Source of the DNA: Macrostomum lignano
Lineage: Eukaryota
Reading direction: 5' to 3'
DNA: 64,000 bases
NCBI GenBank assembly: GCA_002269645.1
Contig: NIVC01001498.1
Location: 62,001-126,000 of the forward strand
Of the stretch, positions 11,171 to 25,575 are shown in pieces. A model generated the notes under the pieces. That model was not told the origin of the DNA. It ran no database searches and saw only the letters and a list, made by a program, of their open reading frames with translations. Both the position numbers and the translations under genes were made by a program. The stretch's first letter is position 1; each line of letters begins with the position of its first letter.

Positions 11171-13898
11171 TGGTGGTTGCTATAGGAGTGAATGGCGGAC
11201 TTAGAGATAAGGTTTCGGCCTGTGGAGGATATTTTTTATTCTATCGTTATTTGTCGATATTCAGAGTTGTTATTATTGACTTCATTTCAGTGTAAGAATT
11301 CATTATCAAGAGAGGCTTAATCATATATCTTGTTCGGAAAAGTTACTTCAATTCCTTCATATCTAAATCTATCAAAAAACGATTAATATTTTATTAACTT
11401 TCTGCAATTCAAATTTGTTGCGTATCTTTCTATGATTATGATTTGCAGTACCAGTGTTCCTTTACTATTCTGGTCTGTACATGTTATCTCTTGCGTAGGT
11501 GTAAAATCTGGAGATTCTATTTATTGTGCCACAATAATAAAACCATTTCCAATAATGTTGTTTTTCGGTTGCTCTAAAACAAGTGATAATTTTGGTTTAG
11601 CGTCAGGTAAGTTCAGTTAAGATTTTTCTCCCAGATTCACTGTTAAAACGTTGCCTATTCGTATTGCACTACTGACATGTTTTTCATCAGTATTATCGAA
11701 TGCGCAAATTTAATTCCAATCTACTTAAAAATGCGATGATATCCTAGAATTTCACGCAAATTTTCGATTTTAATCTCATTTATTTTATTAGTGCTTCCCT
11801 GGTAAATAATATGTTTTTTAATCTCCACCGTAAAGAACTGAAACAGGAAAATATAGTTTTGTCCTGAGGGTTTTACTCAAAAGAAAAACTAAATTAAGTT
11901 TTTAAAATTAATTTTCCTTCATAACTAAGGATGTAAAATATAAAACACTAAATTTTCTTAGCAATTTTCGTCTTAATAATTCACAAAATACCGACTTTCT
12001 CCATTTTTAACGACTGATTTGAACGAACGATTTTTAACGACAAAATGAGCAACTTACCTAACGCAATATCATGCAAGGACAGTTTGCACTTTTGGATAGA
12101 ACTGAATTGTTACAAATCGTTTTGATATATTTGTTAGGTAAATTTCACGATTTGTTGTAATTGAATATGCTTAAAAATCGCGGCCATTTTTGTTTAAATT
12201 GTTCGATTAACAACCCCTTGCCGCAGTGAATGAATAGTCAATTACGAGCGTAAAAATCTGAAAAAAAAATTATAGAGATAAAATGACTTGCTTACTTTTA
12301 CTATGGTGGGCAAGTAATAGTTCGAATTTAAAAGTATTTCTTAAAGCACGGCAACTAGAAATTGGTGACTACTTTTTGAGTTGTTTAAATACATGCTCGA
12401 AATATAATTTTAGGTATCAAAAAATTATTAACTTAAAAATAAAAATACTGAATCTGCCAGACCACTATGCATCAATTCTTACTCGATTATCATTATAACA
12501 AATAATAGCAATATTAGATTATTATGAGCAAAATGGACAAGACAAAAATTATAAATTGAGTATTATGTTGCCACTGAGAGTTAAGTGTGGTGGAACAAGA
12601 TCTGTTCAACCTAACCTAACTGTACCTCGCACAAGAAAATAGTGGAGTTAAATAAAAAACTATTTGGGGCAAAAAGTTTTCAAGACGGATAATTGAGATA
12701 AATTAGTGTTGAGCTGCAGATTATCATAGATTCATAGAACCATACGGACTATTCTGTACAGCCTGCACGATGAACTCCATGTAAAAAATATTTCTGAGAT
12801 TCGTCAAAGAACAGAAAACTGCATGGGTTTCTAGAATCTCTACAGGGTTTAGTTTAGTTTAGTAATACAATGGGGGGGGCACAGTGAGTGCATGGCTCGA
12901 ATCCTACCAATGTTTTAGTGACACGTTTTCACACTTCCTATGGCTAGCTAATAATCAATACACGGCAGCAGATAAAATAATATGATTCGCATGCAAATGA
13001 CAGGTCTGACTGAAAATCATAAACAAGTAAGAAAATATCAAATATTGATAAATGTACATATAGATACACTTGCATGAATATTTCTTATAGAAAAAGTATT
13101 GTATTCCAGTTGCCATTCACAAGTAATGTAATATGTAGATTTTTTATCCAATATGTACACCAGCTGCTTTTAGAAACTAGAAGATAAACTACAGGGTAAA
13201 GGTTAGCTTTTGTGATTTCAGTTGGATAGAAGACGGATGTACAAACAAACGCACAACAAAATATATTTAAAATAAAAGCAGAAAAAATAAGGAAACATAA
13301 TTACGCAATGTACACCTTAGGAGGGCGAGAATATTGGGCGCGTTGACTGTCTCAATGGTTGATAATTGATATCTCGACAGTATCAAAAACCAAATGATTA
13401 GAAACTTATAAAACCTTACTAGCTTGTCATACACACAATACAGATTAATGCTTTTTTCACAAGTTTAAACCGAACGAAGAAATCATTTGCCCTCTCTCAC
13501 CAAGAGTTTTCTTATCACCCCGTTTGATAAGAATGTACACTAGGGTGGGCGTGGAGGAAGGGGTGTACATCGATCGATAATAAAAAGGGGTAAGAGTTGA
13601 ATGTACACTGCGCTTGAACGAACCTCTATATTTGGATTGGAAGTGGGTTGCTTTTTATCTAGCCCCCACCCCCCTCACCACAGGAATTCTAGGCAAACCA
13701 ATCGTCACAGACCATGCAGGCCTTGTTTACAACCCACTCAAAACAAATTTAATTACTCAAAGTGCGACTATAGAGACAGACTAGAGTGGACAAAAATAAA
13801 GTAGTTACATGTAGCATGGCATGACACATGGCAATTGTTTCTTTGGTTTTAACACAGGCGTCAGTTTGTGATTGAAGCGATTTCGACAAAAGTTAGCT

Positions 13899-14203
13899 TT
13901 AATTCTCCTCGGAACTGTCGTCTGACTCCGATGGCACCTCTAGCCCCGGATGTAGAGTGAGCTGCACATTTCGGTTAAGGTTAACGGCCGGATAGAAAGT
14001 GCCTTTTAAGTCGAGGAAAGCCACTGGTCCGTGTGGCTCGTCGTTAACATAGTAGGACAGAGTGCCTTTGTCGCAGTCTAGACGCACCCCGACAATGCTG
14101 CCTTTGGCAATGCCTCCGTCGCATCGTTCAGCGTGCTCGCCGTTGTGCAAGAACCAGCTGCGCTTGAAGTCAATATACATTGACCAGCCTCGGTTATCGC
14201 GGC
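13899..14203 (-). CDS. TRIM9: TRIM9/TRIM67-like E3 ligase, exon 7 (C-terminal half of SPRY/B30.2, stop codon)
   Basis: GRDNRGWSMYIDFKRSWFLH...GGIAKGSIVGVRLD...FYPAVNLNRNVQLTLHPGL matches recalled TRIM9 [20 protein letters not shown]...FFPAVSLNRNVQVTLHTGL. Acceptor AG at 14205-14204; the phase-1 join is consistent. Confidence 0.93.
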
Positions 14204-14354
14204 CTGTTTTTGGTGTTGTGTGTAATGGAAGTCCATTAAAAATGAAACGCATTTGAATTGTATTGTACTTCGGCCCAAATGCATGAAATGGTGCACAAAG
14301 ACGAAAGAAGAAATAATATAGCTTTTTGCAGCCCTTATGGGCTTACGCGCATTT

Positions 14355-14830
14355 AATTTAATTCAAGATACGTTTGCCAATATAAACGAGCCTTCTCGCA
14401 ACCGCGTCTGAGGACTGAGACCACTGGAATGTCAGCATCTCTTCCAAGAAGTTTCAGTGTTGTCGCTTTTCCAGAGCTCTGCTGATAGTCGAAATACTGA
14501 CAACCAACTGAAACTGTTGGTTCAACTTCTGCTGCATTTACTGCAACGTCAACAGAGGGTTTGTCTCAATTGCATCCAGTAGCAGTTGGACCTGGGGTTC
14601 TAACAACTTGCTTTGGAGATTGCCGCCCCTTCGCAGATCTCTTCTGCTAGTGGTTTCAACCCGCTGACGGATGCTGTAAATTGTCTTTTTTGGCATTCAG
14701 CAACCTAGCGATGTCCATTGGGTGTTCACCTCTGTCGAGTGCTTCGATCACAAGCTTAGCATATTGTCCACGATTATGGGGCTGATCTTGCTCCTCCGCA
14801 GCAGTTGCAAATGAAGCATTCTTCAAAATT
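14355..14830 (-). mobile_element. Decayed IS630-Tc1-mariner transposase fragment (N-terminal HTH DNA-binding region), frameshifted
   Basis: Manual translation across frameshifts gives AKLVIEALDRGEHPMDIARLLNAK / TIYSIRQRVE...RRGGNLQSKLLEPQVQLLLDAIETNPLLTLQ*MQQKLNQQFQLVVSISTISRALEKR, a typical double-HTH pattern. TIRs were not identified. Confidence 0.6.
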
Positions 14831-17800
14831 TCTATGGTAATTTACGTTAAGTCAATGACATTCAAACCATGACCGATCATTGTTCGAAATTGACAATAAA
14901 GCAATTTACCGGGATATAATATTAGAAAACGAACGAGTTGATGAGCGTAAAATAAAATAGTCTATGGTTGTAAGTGAGGGCTTTGCCCCCACACCCCCAT
15001 TTCCACTTCCCACTCGGATCCTGATGGACAAGTTGACCAATGAAGTTAGCTGGAAGTGAGAAAACATGGCAATGGCCACAGACACGAGGGGGCCTCTGAC
15101 TTACTTGACTTAGCTGCAGGGCGGTCCGAAGACGCAGCGGGGAGGCGAGCGTCGCCCATTCCGCTAATCCCTGAAAGGGGGGCCCTCTGAGTTGTCTCGC
15201 TGCCTGCGCGGTCTGTGGGGCTCATGTCTATGGCCATTACCATGAATTCTCACTTCCAGACAACCCCCCATTGCTTCCGTCCTCACTGCTTTTGTCAGTC
15301 ATGTCTAAATTGAAATCTAGAGCCGCTATGTACCAAATTGATGCTTGTTGGACTAAATTAAATGCTGCTGTGCCATCCTTGTGACCATAGAGTCATAGAC
15401 AAAAGCTCCTTTACATTGGCAAACGTATCTTGGATTAAATTAAATGCCGTAAGCCCAAATGGGCTGCGAAAAGCTATGCGCTCGTATTTCTCAATGACTG
15501 AGTTTCTCCAAGCTCGAGAATATTATAAAAAAACTCTGCTGCTTACTACTTAATAATAGAAGTAGTAGAAGTATCACTGAATCAGTAATAGTAGCAACTA
15601 CAGCATGCAGCCTATAGAAAAATCAGAGTCGAATGCAAAATTGATGCATCGTTTTTCTCTGCTGGTTAGCTGTTATAGCAGTAGATTTTCGGTCACGAAC
15701 TCAAGGATGGATTATGGAAAAGTTCTATACCAGTCTCTTTATAGCCTGCCTAGCTCGAGTCTCTTCTCTCTCTCTCTCTCTTTTCTTTCTCAAGCTCAGC
15801 TGCTTTTCGCCAGCCAAATGAGGCGTAACGATATCCCCTGTGCCGCTGAGAGAAAATCTCTTCCACGCCTCAACCCTCGCCTAAGCCAAGTTGCTGGCTG
15901 CTGGCCCTTGTCGAATGCTTTAACAAACTCCCCTCTCCCCCCACTTAAGAGTGTGCTAGCTATAGCTAATGTATCCACGGGCCTATATATCTATATAGGT
16001 CTAGGCGGCCCCCCTAACTCTATATAGATGGACACGCTAAGTTGCCTTTGGTTCTTCGCTCTCTCTCTTTCTCTCTCTTTCTCCATAGCAATTCTAAAAG
16101 CTCAGTTCTGACTCGAAGGTTTTCTCATATATAATATAAGCAGAGAAGGAAAGTAAATCTCAAGGTCAAGGACCCTGGAAACTGCTAATAGCCTTCTTCG
16201 GCTTCTAAAGATTCGCGAAAACGCTACTAATGTTCTGCCAAAAAAAGAGATCGACGTGGACTTAGAAGCTCAGAAGCTTCAGACAGAGCAAAGGCTACAC
16301 TTGACTTTGAAAGAGGACATAAAGTCTGCTCGTCCTATATGTTGATCATTTTAGCGACCCCCAAGACACAGAGTATACGTGCCTGACGATTAGAAAGTCA
16401 GGGCTGCTGTAGTACACCGAGTCAGCGGAATGGGCAGAATTACAAGCGATGACGCAATCATTTGATTTTTTTTGGTAAATTATACTCCCACCCTGGTTTA
16501 TCATAAGCAGCTGATAAACGTTCACTATATGAGAACGGTGTATATTGGCCAACAGTTTCTGTACGATGTATAGCTGGCTCTCATTGTAATAATAATTATG
16601 CATCCATCCCTGTATGGAAAACGTTCGCCCTTCTCTGCCAGCGCAATGGAGGATCTGATAGACACACAACCGCTGCCAATCAATTATTCCAATATCTGCA
16701 CAGGCATGGAGGCAGAGAGATATATAATAGAGATAGAGATGGATATGGGGGAGATCGCAAGCCAGTCCAGTGCAAAGTTTCGGGCGGGTCTGCATTAAAT
16801 TTATTAAGTAAACAATATTACTAATATTACTACTACTTAATACAGGACTGATATCTGTAAATTCTGCCTAAGCTTCATGTGGCTCCAAAGCTAATGCAAA
16901 ATACAGCCTGATAGATATTAATATTTTCTACTTTAGAAAGTGACAAGATGTCAGGCAAAATAGCTAGGCCCAATTAGCAACAGAAACTTGTTAAGTGACC
17001 CCTCACCTGTCGAATCACGACATGTAACCAAATGGAGATTGAACTTCTTCACAAGCCTGTCCTTGCTTGTTAACACGCAATCTAAATCTCTCTCTCTTTC
17101 CCTGTCAACTTGTCTTGACCTTGCCCATTAGTTGTGCTTTTCTACATGTTTCTGACGAAGGAGCAATTGCAGACAATGCTTTTTTCCGATTTTTTCCAAG
17201 ACCTTCTGAGCTGCGTGCATGACCTCCTGACAATGGCGCAAAAAATGCTTATGTTTGTTTAAACTATCTGCAATAAATATGTATTTAATGTGACTTATAA
17301 GAACTGTTGCTATGTAAGTTGCATGCTGTATTTTCTACCCATGAATAAGCAAGTAAAAATGGACAAGAGACAGTTTGAATAAAGTACATTTATATCAATT
17401 ATATTCTATAGCCTATACAGTACCAATACTATACAACTATATAAATTTGAAAGTTAATCCTTCGGAAAATATTTGTTAGAAGGAAATGAGTTCGGTTATT
17501 AAAGAGAAGCACCGGGTACTGTTGACCTTATTATTACATAGTAGTATGATAGACTTCAATAATTTTTGGCCACTTCGAAATATTCTTAGATTCTGGACCA
17601 AACAAGCAGCATTAAATGGGCATGCAGTAATTGGAGTTCAACTCAACTGCAATACAATCTACTCCCTTCGGCTCAGTCCCTATACACTAGTCAAATGCTG
17701 AGCGGGGCGATCGGCTCTTTCTATTGCAATTACTTTGAGTTTCCTCTCAACTCTATTCTTTTTCCCTCGCCGTTCATTCACTGCTCTCTTGTGCTTGTTC

Positions 17801-19869
17801 AGGACGTCTGTGTCGGCGACAGAGAGGGAGAGAAGAGAGGAGGGAGGCCCTGAGCTTGAGCATGCTTGCTCATGGCAAAGCTGCTTGCATTTTATTTACT
17901 GTATAGTGGAAACTTTTTAGAACTTTATTAGGCAGAGGGACAACCTATGGGGTTAAGTGGCCTTCCTGCTAGCTGTGCGTGACCTGACAATGCGGTTGAG
18001 TATTTTTTTTCAAGAAGAGGCTGCTCAAAAAGAAGAGTTTTGCAATTTCTTCCGGTGTTCCGGGAGGGAAAAATCTTGTTTCCAAATCAACCAGAGACCA
18101 ATGCCAGAGAAGTTTTTACCTGCATACAATGTCAACAATGTCATTCTTTTCCAGCAAATTTATTCCTACATGCAGTACATGTCTTCCTGGGATATTTCAG
18201 GAAGAACATTTTTACGAAATGGAAAATGTGTACAATCATAAGTCTGGAGTAAGTTTTCTTAAAAAAGAAAAAACCTTATAAGGGTGTGATTTTCTTTTTG
18301 ATATACTAAAATGGTTTGTTTCTTATTTAACCAGATCCAGCTGAGAAGCGGAATCGCTTCTATCTGCTAAATTATCCAGATTCAACCGTTAAATCCAAAC
18401 TATCTTCGGTCTCGTCTCTATAGAGGGCCTATAGAAACTAGAAAGTGATGCAAATAGAGAGAAAAACGAATTTTTATCATTGACTGACTGTTTAATTTAC
18501 ACACGTGTATAAAGAAAGATTAGAGAGTTGTACGCGCTTATCTGACATGTTCTCTGGAGATGTTGTTTGCTGGAGAGAGGGGGGAGAGAGAGCGACATGG
18601 TGCAGGTTTAAAGAGTGACTCACCGCAGTTTCTGGATAATGCACCGGACAGGCAGAGAGAGAGAGTGGGAGAGAACAGTGATTGAGAGGAAAGGATGGAG
18701 AAATATAGGGCGAAGCTGCAGGTCTGTATATCGCCGTGTTGGCTTCAGTTCAGCTTTCGATTGAAGACAGGCAGGTAGATGATGTAATAATACATGCAAA
18801 ACACGCGAATGATGCATTGAACCTGCAGCTCTCTGCCTCTCTGCAAGGTCAGTCCAAATATTGTACAATCATCAATCCCATACTCGCATTCGTTGGGAGG
18901 AATTTCCAATTCAAAATAAGATTCCGGGAAGGCGCAGACTTACCGACGCCGCTGTCCTACACTGAGTTCGCGTGCATTGGTTCAAGTTCCTTCCTGAACA
19001 AGAAATTCCCCATTTTTCCCATGGCTTTAGTCAGCATCCAATTGAACAGCCACTATTGACTGAATGGGCGCGCCATCAATTCTCAAATTCTTCACGTAGT
19101 TTTAAGTTTAATAATCGATGGCATTTTACTAATCATTGATTGGTTAGAAGCTAAAATAGCAAGCCAATACCGTTGATATTTTATATTGTTCTTACGCAGT
19201 CTGCAGAACTACAATAGCCGCTATCCAACCACTGCCCGGATGCAGTACCACTGACTAATGCTATGCACGCTGTGTTTTACAACCTAACTGGTAACTGCAT
19301 CCTCAGTGACTGTAGGCAATCAATTTTAGATCTCTGATGACCTCGCCAAGGTAATAAAATCAAGAAGAGAGTCCGTGCATATATACACAACAAGGCAGTG
19401 CAGTTCCACTTTGAGTTGTTAGACACGGCGCCATATGCAGCGCGAATGCTTGCATGCTGGAAGTTTGCCAGCTGAGAGAAATGAGTCACGCATTTTTAAC
19501 AAGGGGGAGAGTTGAGGAGAATGGCGAAACACTGAATTGAATTGAGCAGTTTCTGTGGAGACCCGGGGGTCAGAAGGGGTCAGCTGGGATATAATTTAGG
19601 TAGTATAAATGGCCATATAAAGGGAATATGCTAATCAATTTCAGGTTGAGCGATGGTTGTATAGGCTACAGACATTTCCTGAAGCAAATGAATTCAGACA
19701 GTAGCCTTTTACCCTTCATGAAGACTCAAATAAACCTCCACAACCTCAGCCTCCGGTAACCATGCAGTCTTCAAAGATTCAGCAAGAACCTTTCGTTCCT
19801 ACATCTTACTAGTAAACCCCCTCCAGACTCGTTCGTTCCGTAAAATTTCCCATCAAAATCTCACCCTAA

Positions 19870-20017
19870 AAGCTTCTGATTAAACCCTTCTCGCAACTTC
19901 ACGCCTGCCGCGAAGCTTCTGATTAAACCCTTCTCGCAACTTCACGCCTGCCGCGAAGCTTCTGATTAAACCCTTCTCGCAACTTCACTCCTGCCGCGAA
20001 GCTTCTGATTAAACCCC
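19870..20017. repeat. 43-bp tandem repeat, ~3.4 copies
   Basis: AAGCTTCTGATTAAACCC recurs at 19870, 19913, 19956 and 19999. Confidence 0.93.
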
Positions 20018-20091
20018 TGAAACAATAAACTCACACAAAGACTAATCAACTACCCAATAATCAAGAATAACCATTCAGAAAATTTTCTCAC

Positions 20092-20455
20092 CAAGTTTTT
20101 CATCTTTGCGACAGTCCAAACGAGCAACGCCAAATCCCGGATCTCCTTTGTCGTCGTATCTGTCCACAGTGAACTCCCAGTAGTGAACCCCTCTAGAGAA
20201 GCCGGTTGTGCACACAGCGATTCGTTCCTCCAATGACACGGAAGTGACGGTCATGCCCTGATTAGTGAACACCAGCTCCGCGTGCGATTCTTCTGGGGAG
20301 AATTGAAAAAACGCCCGACCGGCGGTGCGCAGTTTAACAAAATCGCTGTAGGCTGACTCTCCTGCGGTGTTGTGCGCCTTGACTCGGGCCTGGTAGACCG
20401 TGTCGAACTGGAGACCCTGGACACAGCAGATGGTCTCTGGGCCTCGGTAGCAGCG
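20092..20455 (-). CDS. TRIM9: TRIM9-like exon 6 (end of FN3, start of SPRY)
   Basis: [37 protein letters not shown]...[35 protein letters not shown] boundaries; 364 nt, phase 0 to 1. Confidence 0.93.
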
Positions 20456-22519
20456 CTGTAATGAATGATGAAGAGACTTGAGATTCTAATCGTTCATTTT
20501 CATAGTCCATCAGGTACTTACGCCGTCGCGTTTTATGACTTCGACAAAAAAAATTTAGGACATTGGAAACTTTTGGAAAATTTAAATTGCGGTAGACCAA
20601 AACTTTGATATAAGATTTCTAAGAGTTTGAATGTCGCGACTATTGATTTCTTATGATATATAAATGATCGATCGATTAGGATTTTCAGGGATGTCCGATT
20701 AGTTGGGATTTCTAGTTACATGTAGTTGGGATTTCTAATCAGTTGGGATTTCTAATCAGTTGGGATTTCACTAAGCCAGCCAGTTCATGTCCTGCCAACA
20801 TTTCAGCCTTTGCAGTTGTATTTTTTTAACAACAAAAATTCCTATAAAATAGTTGAATTCTATACTCAAAATTCGATTGTAAAAAAGTCGCAATTTGATT
20901 TTTTCGAAAATATTACTTTTCTGATTTTCAAAGGAAAATGCCGACAAAGCCATATTGCACCTTCTATAAAAAGATAGAAAAAAATAAATGAAATGGTTAT
21001 AATGGTCCTAACTAAATTGATGCTTAGCTTAATGGAGTCGCCATGAACCCCCCATGCGCCAAACGGGGCGCTTAAGTTCTAAAAGTACACGATCCGGTCG
21101 ATCCCACTCGTGCAACACAATCAAAACTTTTTAGTCCAAATAATTCAACAATAAACACCAAAAAATGCGATTTCATCAAAAACTGGAGATATTTTTTAAT
21201 CTTCCGCACTTTTTGAAGAAGATTCTGCTTCCCAGATAAAATTTTGTGCAGACGTTTTTTTTGGCTTTGAACTGTCGGAAATGCGGAGACGAGAGTCCCC
21301 GAGGCAAATGCATTGAGAAATATCGGCTTGCCATCTGTTGACGTTTTTTCTATTTCTACTTAGTGTGTACTTTTTCTGTGCCTTCGACGGATGGAGCAGG
21401 CCGCGGTAAGGGCTCTGCATGGGTGAGTGCAGAGAATTCAGGTGTCCCCAACCTAAACCTGCGCACCTTGGCTCTCCGGCTTTGATGAGGTCGCTTCTCG
21501 TCTTCTGATAAGATGCTGGGACCTGCAATATCTCTCCTCTTCCCTCGGGGCTTCTTTCTGCTACAAAATCCCAGAGAATTTTTCCATCTATTTTAATCAA
21601 GAGATATCAAAATAATAGGCAGTGGGGGGGGGGTACCTGTGCGCAGGTATTTAACTCGACTGACCGAAGCATCAACAGTCATGGCACAATGCACCAGCGC
21701 ATCTCAGTGAATTTGCTTCATACATTGCAGCGGCAAATATTCATTGACCCCAACGGTCACGGATGAGAAAGAAATAGTGGAAAATCAAATCAACTATACT
21801 GTATGCATAATGTAGCTGGGATGGCTGCTAGGTGGAAGGCCAGTCTTTTGGCTGCGCGGGAAGCTGGCGTCTCTCCTCTAATTCTCTTCATCTCTCTCCA
21901 CTTCGCTGTCAATCAGCCTTTCATCGCGCCTCGCCCTATTTTTGTTGTCCACCTCGGGCGATGGGGGAGGGGGTGGCAGCAGAGGGTGGCGTGACGATGG
22001 TGGGACTCTAAGAGATGGCGACAGTCTGCTTTGGGGAGTTTAGGCTTGCAGCTTTAAACTTTTCCCCTCTAATGCTAATTGGGATTTTGGATTGCGGGAA
22101 ATTGGGCAGGAGAGGGATTGGGTAGGGAAGGGGGTCGGTGCCAGTGTGGACACAGAAGCTCCTTTCTGATTCCAACTCTCTGCTGGCTCTTCTGCCTCTG
22201 GGACTCAGCAGATGTCTCTTCTTTATAAATTTGCGCGGCCAATAGACTATTTGGGAATTGGCCCTTAATTGGAAGCCATTTCCTTTTTATGCAGTTTTCT
22301 GCAAAGTCTGCACGTTTGGCTGGACTTAAGGTCAATTCTTGTCCTTAAGCCTGACAAGGCTACAAATAGACGGCTCAAATGGACGTTTATCTAATCCATG
22401 GGCTAGAAAAAGTTGGCAAAATGAAGGAGTTTAAAGGAGTAGCTAATATTTGCCCAGTTCTGTAGCAACACGGAGCTAAAGTTAATTTCGTTAAAACCCC
22501 AGCTTCTAAACATTCGACC

Positions 22520-22900
22520 CTCCCCACTATCCAGGGCAATAAAACCATTGCTGCAAATTGCACCTAAACCCTGCCCCCGCTATCCAGGGCAATAAAAACA
22601 TTGCTGCACATTGCACCTAAACCCTGCCCCCGCTATCCAGGGCAATAAAAACATTGCTGCACATTGCACCTAAACCCTTCCCGCTATCCAGGGCAATAAA
22701 AACATTGCTGCATATTGCACCTAAACCCTTCCCGCTATCCAGGGCAATAAAAACATTGCTGCATATTGCACCTAAACCCTTCCCGCTATCCAGGGCAATA
22801 AAAACATTGCTGCATATTGCACCTAAACCCTTCCCGCTATCCAGGGCAATAAAAACATTGCTGCATATTGCACCTAAACCCTTCCCGCTATCCAGGGCAA
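22520..22900. repeat. 51-bp tandem repeat, ~7.5 copies
   Basis: Unit CTATCCAGGGCAATAAAAACATTGCTGCATATTGCACCTAAACCCTTCCCG; the 17-aa periodicity in the ORF track matches. Confidence 0.95.
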
Positions 22901-23041
22901 CAAAACAAAATGATTTGAACGCATCCAATGGACGCTTCGATTCTTCCCGCGATAGGGGCGATAAAATTAAAATACAAGCTAATTTCAACGAGAAGCGATC
23001 ATTCACTATCCAGGCAATGAAGTCACGTTCAACTAACTCAC

Positions 23042-23181
23042 TTTGAACCCGGCGCCCCTTCCGTCGTCCATTTCAAGCGTGTAGAATTCGGCCTGCGAAC
23101 CGGGACAGGGACTCCAGCAAACTGTGACCGTGTTGTTCTCTGCGTGACTCCGTTCGGCAATGATTACAGGCGCTGGTGGAA
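23042..23181 (-). CDS. TRIM9: TRIM9-like exon 5 (first half of FN3; missed by the ORF track)
   Basis: VPPAPVIIAERSHAENNTVTVCWSP...FYTLEMDDGRGAGFK matches TRIM9 PATPILQLEEC...SATLSWKQ...YILELDDGNGGQFR. tttcAG acceptor, GTgagt donor; 140 nt, phase 1 to 0. Confidence 0.9.
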
Positions 23182-24631
23182 CTGAAAGAGGAAATTAAAT
23201 GGGGAAATTTCTTGCTCAAGATTGTCATTAATCATAGAAATTTTTCGCGTATGGCAAATATAAAAGTACTCAAACAGTGAAAAATTTATATCTTGACACA
23301 GTCAGAATAGATTCAGGAGACGGTTGGGGTACTCAGATCGACTATTGAGTGGTTTCTAACTTACTTTAAGATACGAAGTACTTCAATATTCTAATGAAAT
23401 AATGCAAGCATTATTTAATTAAATAATTAAGCTCCTTCAACATACTCAAGTGTCAGTTAATTTCTTGACAATTTGACTTGGTAGCTTTTGCTTGGCGTAT
23501 TAAATAGGTAAAATTATTTCATGTTTTAATAAAGTTTTATAAGGAAGCGGCTTCTTTAGTTAGGTCGACACTCTAGTCTGAAAATATATTATTTATAGAT
23601 AGGAGTAGCCGCCATATGCATTCGTAAGGAGAAAGGATTAATAAACTAATTAAATTACATGCAAACGGTTAATGAATATATAGTTGAACAGACTTTTGAC
23701 ACAATTATTCGTAATAATGCATATCCTATTTAGAAGTCGCCCAGTTCTAACAAAACTCTTTCGTTAAAGCCGGAGAAAAAGTTAGCGATTTGTTTAAAAT
23801 GCAATTAGCAAGAAGACGCGCAGGTGTTTGAAATAGGAAGTAATAATTAATTAAATTGATGAACATTCCAAACTAAATAATGAAATGTGAGTAAAAATAA
23901 TTGAAAAAAAACGAATAGAAATGTACACGAACCTCTGACCAGAGAGGCCACTCGTTTGTCATCCTCTGCAGCTTCTGCCAGTTGAACAACTTTTTATTGA
24001 GCAAAATAGAAAAAAACGAAAGAGGCAAAGAAAATTTTAGTACGTAAATGAATCCAGTAGCAATTTAAATTTATGAATTCTAAGAATACCAAAAAGCACG
24101 TTTCAGTCGCATTGTTGGATACAATTGTCTCACCTACCCCGGTATATTGTATCAAACGTTAAAAGAAGAAATATCTTCGTAAATGTCTACCTGACACCTT
24201 TCCTTGCAAATATTTTTCATTCCACTAAAAACAGTTTTGCAACATTTTTCTTTAAAAGAGCAGAAGACAGACAGTTGAGATTTCTGCGCGCGACCAAAGT
24301 TGAAAGTTACGATTTTCAATTTTCTGTTCATCCTTTTCCTAATTTGCGCTTTCCCAAAACTGGTCCAACACTTCAGAACCTCAAACTTGGTAGAATTCTT
24401 TCTGCGCAGAACTGTGTCAGATTTCGAAGCCTTTTTACAGGTTTGTTATTCTTCCAAGTCTCTGATTTTAATGTAGTGCAGTTTACTTTTTTAGAAAAAA
24501 AAGTTATTTCCGCATTTCCGCAGACCTGGCTGCCACTGAATTGGTAGCTCGGAATAGCGAACGAAAAACTAAACACTATCCGGAGAAAACAAATTGGTGA
24601 AAATCCTTCATTGGGAGTTTGACATCAAGAA

Positions 24632-25335
24632 TGTTGGGATCAAGGATATCGGGATCAGCGAAGTAGGGGTCTGGGATGTCGGGATCAGGGATGTCGGGGA
24701 TCCGGGATATCGGGGATCAGGGATATCGGGATCAGCAGAGTAGGGGTCTGGGATGTCGGGGTTAGGGATTTCGGGATCAAGGATGGCGTGATCAAGGATG
24801 TGGGGATCAAGGATATCGGCATCAAGGATGTCGGGATAAAGGATATCGGGATCAGAGATGTCAGATCAGGGATGTAGGAATCATGAGTGTCGGCATTAAG
24901 GGTGTCGGCATCAAGGATATCGGGGTCAGCAAGGTAGGGGTCTGGAATGTTGGGATTCAGGGATGTCGGGATCAGGGATGTCGGGATCAGGGATGTCGGG
25001 ATCAGGGTTGTCGGGATCAGGGATGTCGGGATCAGGCAGGTCGAGATCAGGGAGGTCGAGATCATAGAGGTCGGGATCAGGGATGTCGGGATCAGGGATG
25101 TCGGGATCAGGGATGTCGGGATCAGGGATGTCGGGATCAGGGATGTCGGGATTCAGGGATGTCAGGATCACAGAGGTCGAGATCACAGAGGTCGGGATCA
25201 GGCAGGTCGAGATCAGGGAGGTCGAGATCAGGGATGTCGGGATCAGGGATGTCGGGATCAGGCAGGTCGAGATCAGGGATGTCGGGATTCAGGGATGTCA
25301 GGATCACAGAGGTCGAGATCATAGAGGTCGGGATC
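24632..25335. repeat. ~15-bp degenerate minisatellite (GGGATGTCGGGATCA)n
   Basis: Read directly; it is the source of the spurious GCRDQ/DPDIP ORFs. Confidence 0.92.
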
Positions 25336-25418
25336 GGTAACTGCAATTTAATAGTTGCGATAATCAGTAAAAAGAATCATTTGTCACGGACAGAACCACA
25401 ACAATAACGTGTGCTCAC

Positions 25419-25575
25419 CCTTGTGCTCAGTGAAGGTCAAGCTGTTAATCGCCACCAGAACCGGTTCCACGTCTAGTCGAATTTCGAACTCATGACTGAC
25501 CCTGGGCCGCAGGTCGATATCCTTTTTGAACACTGACTCGGCATGGACCGCCCGGTGCAGGAGCGAGTTGGACAC
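25419..25575 (-). CDS. TRIM9: TRIM9-like exon 4 (COS box)
   Basis: [13 protein letters not shown]...[27 protein letters not shown] matches ISDALIRRVHLTE...LTPRMTTDFDLSLDNSPLLQSIHQLDF. 157 nt, phase 0 to 1. Confidence 0.9.

Noticed and set aside
11400-11700. Minus-strand fragments with a faint cadherin-like look (PDFTPTQEITCTDQ...LVLQIII)
   Set aside because: Interrupted by stops, no DRE/DxNDN motifs, no splice support.
16346-16795. 149-aa minus-strand ORF in TRIM9 intron 6
   Set aside because: No recognisable domain or convincing exon structure; compatible with chance.
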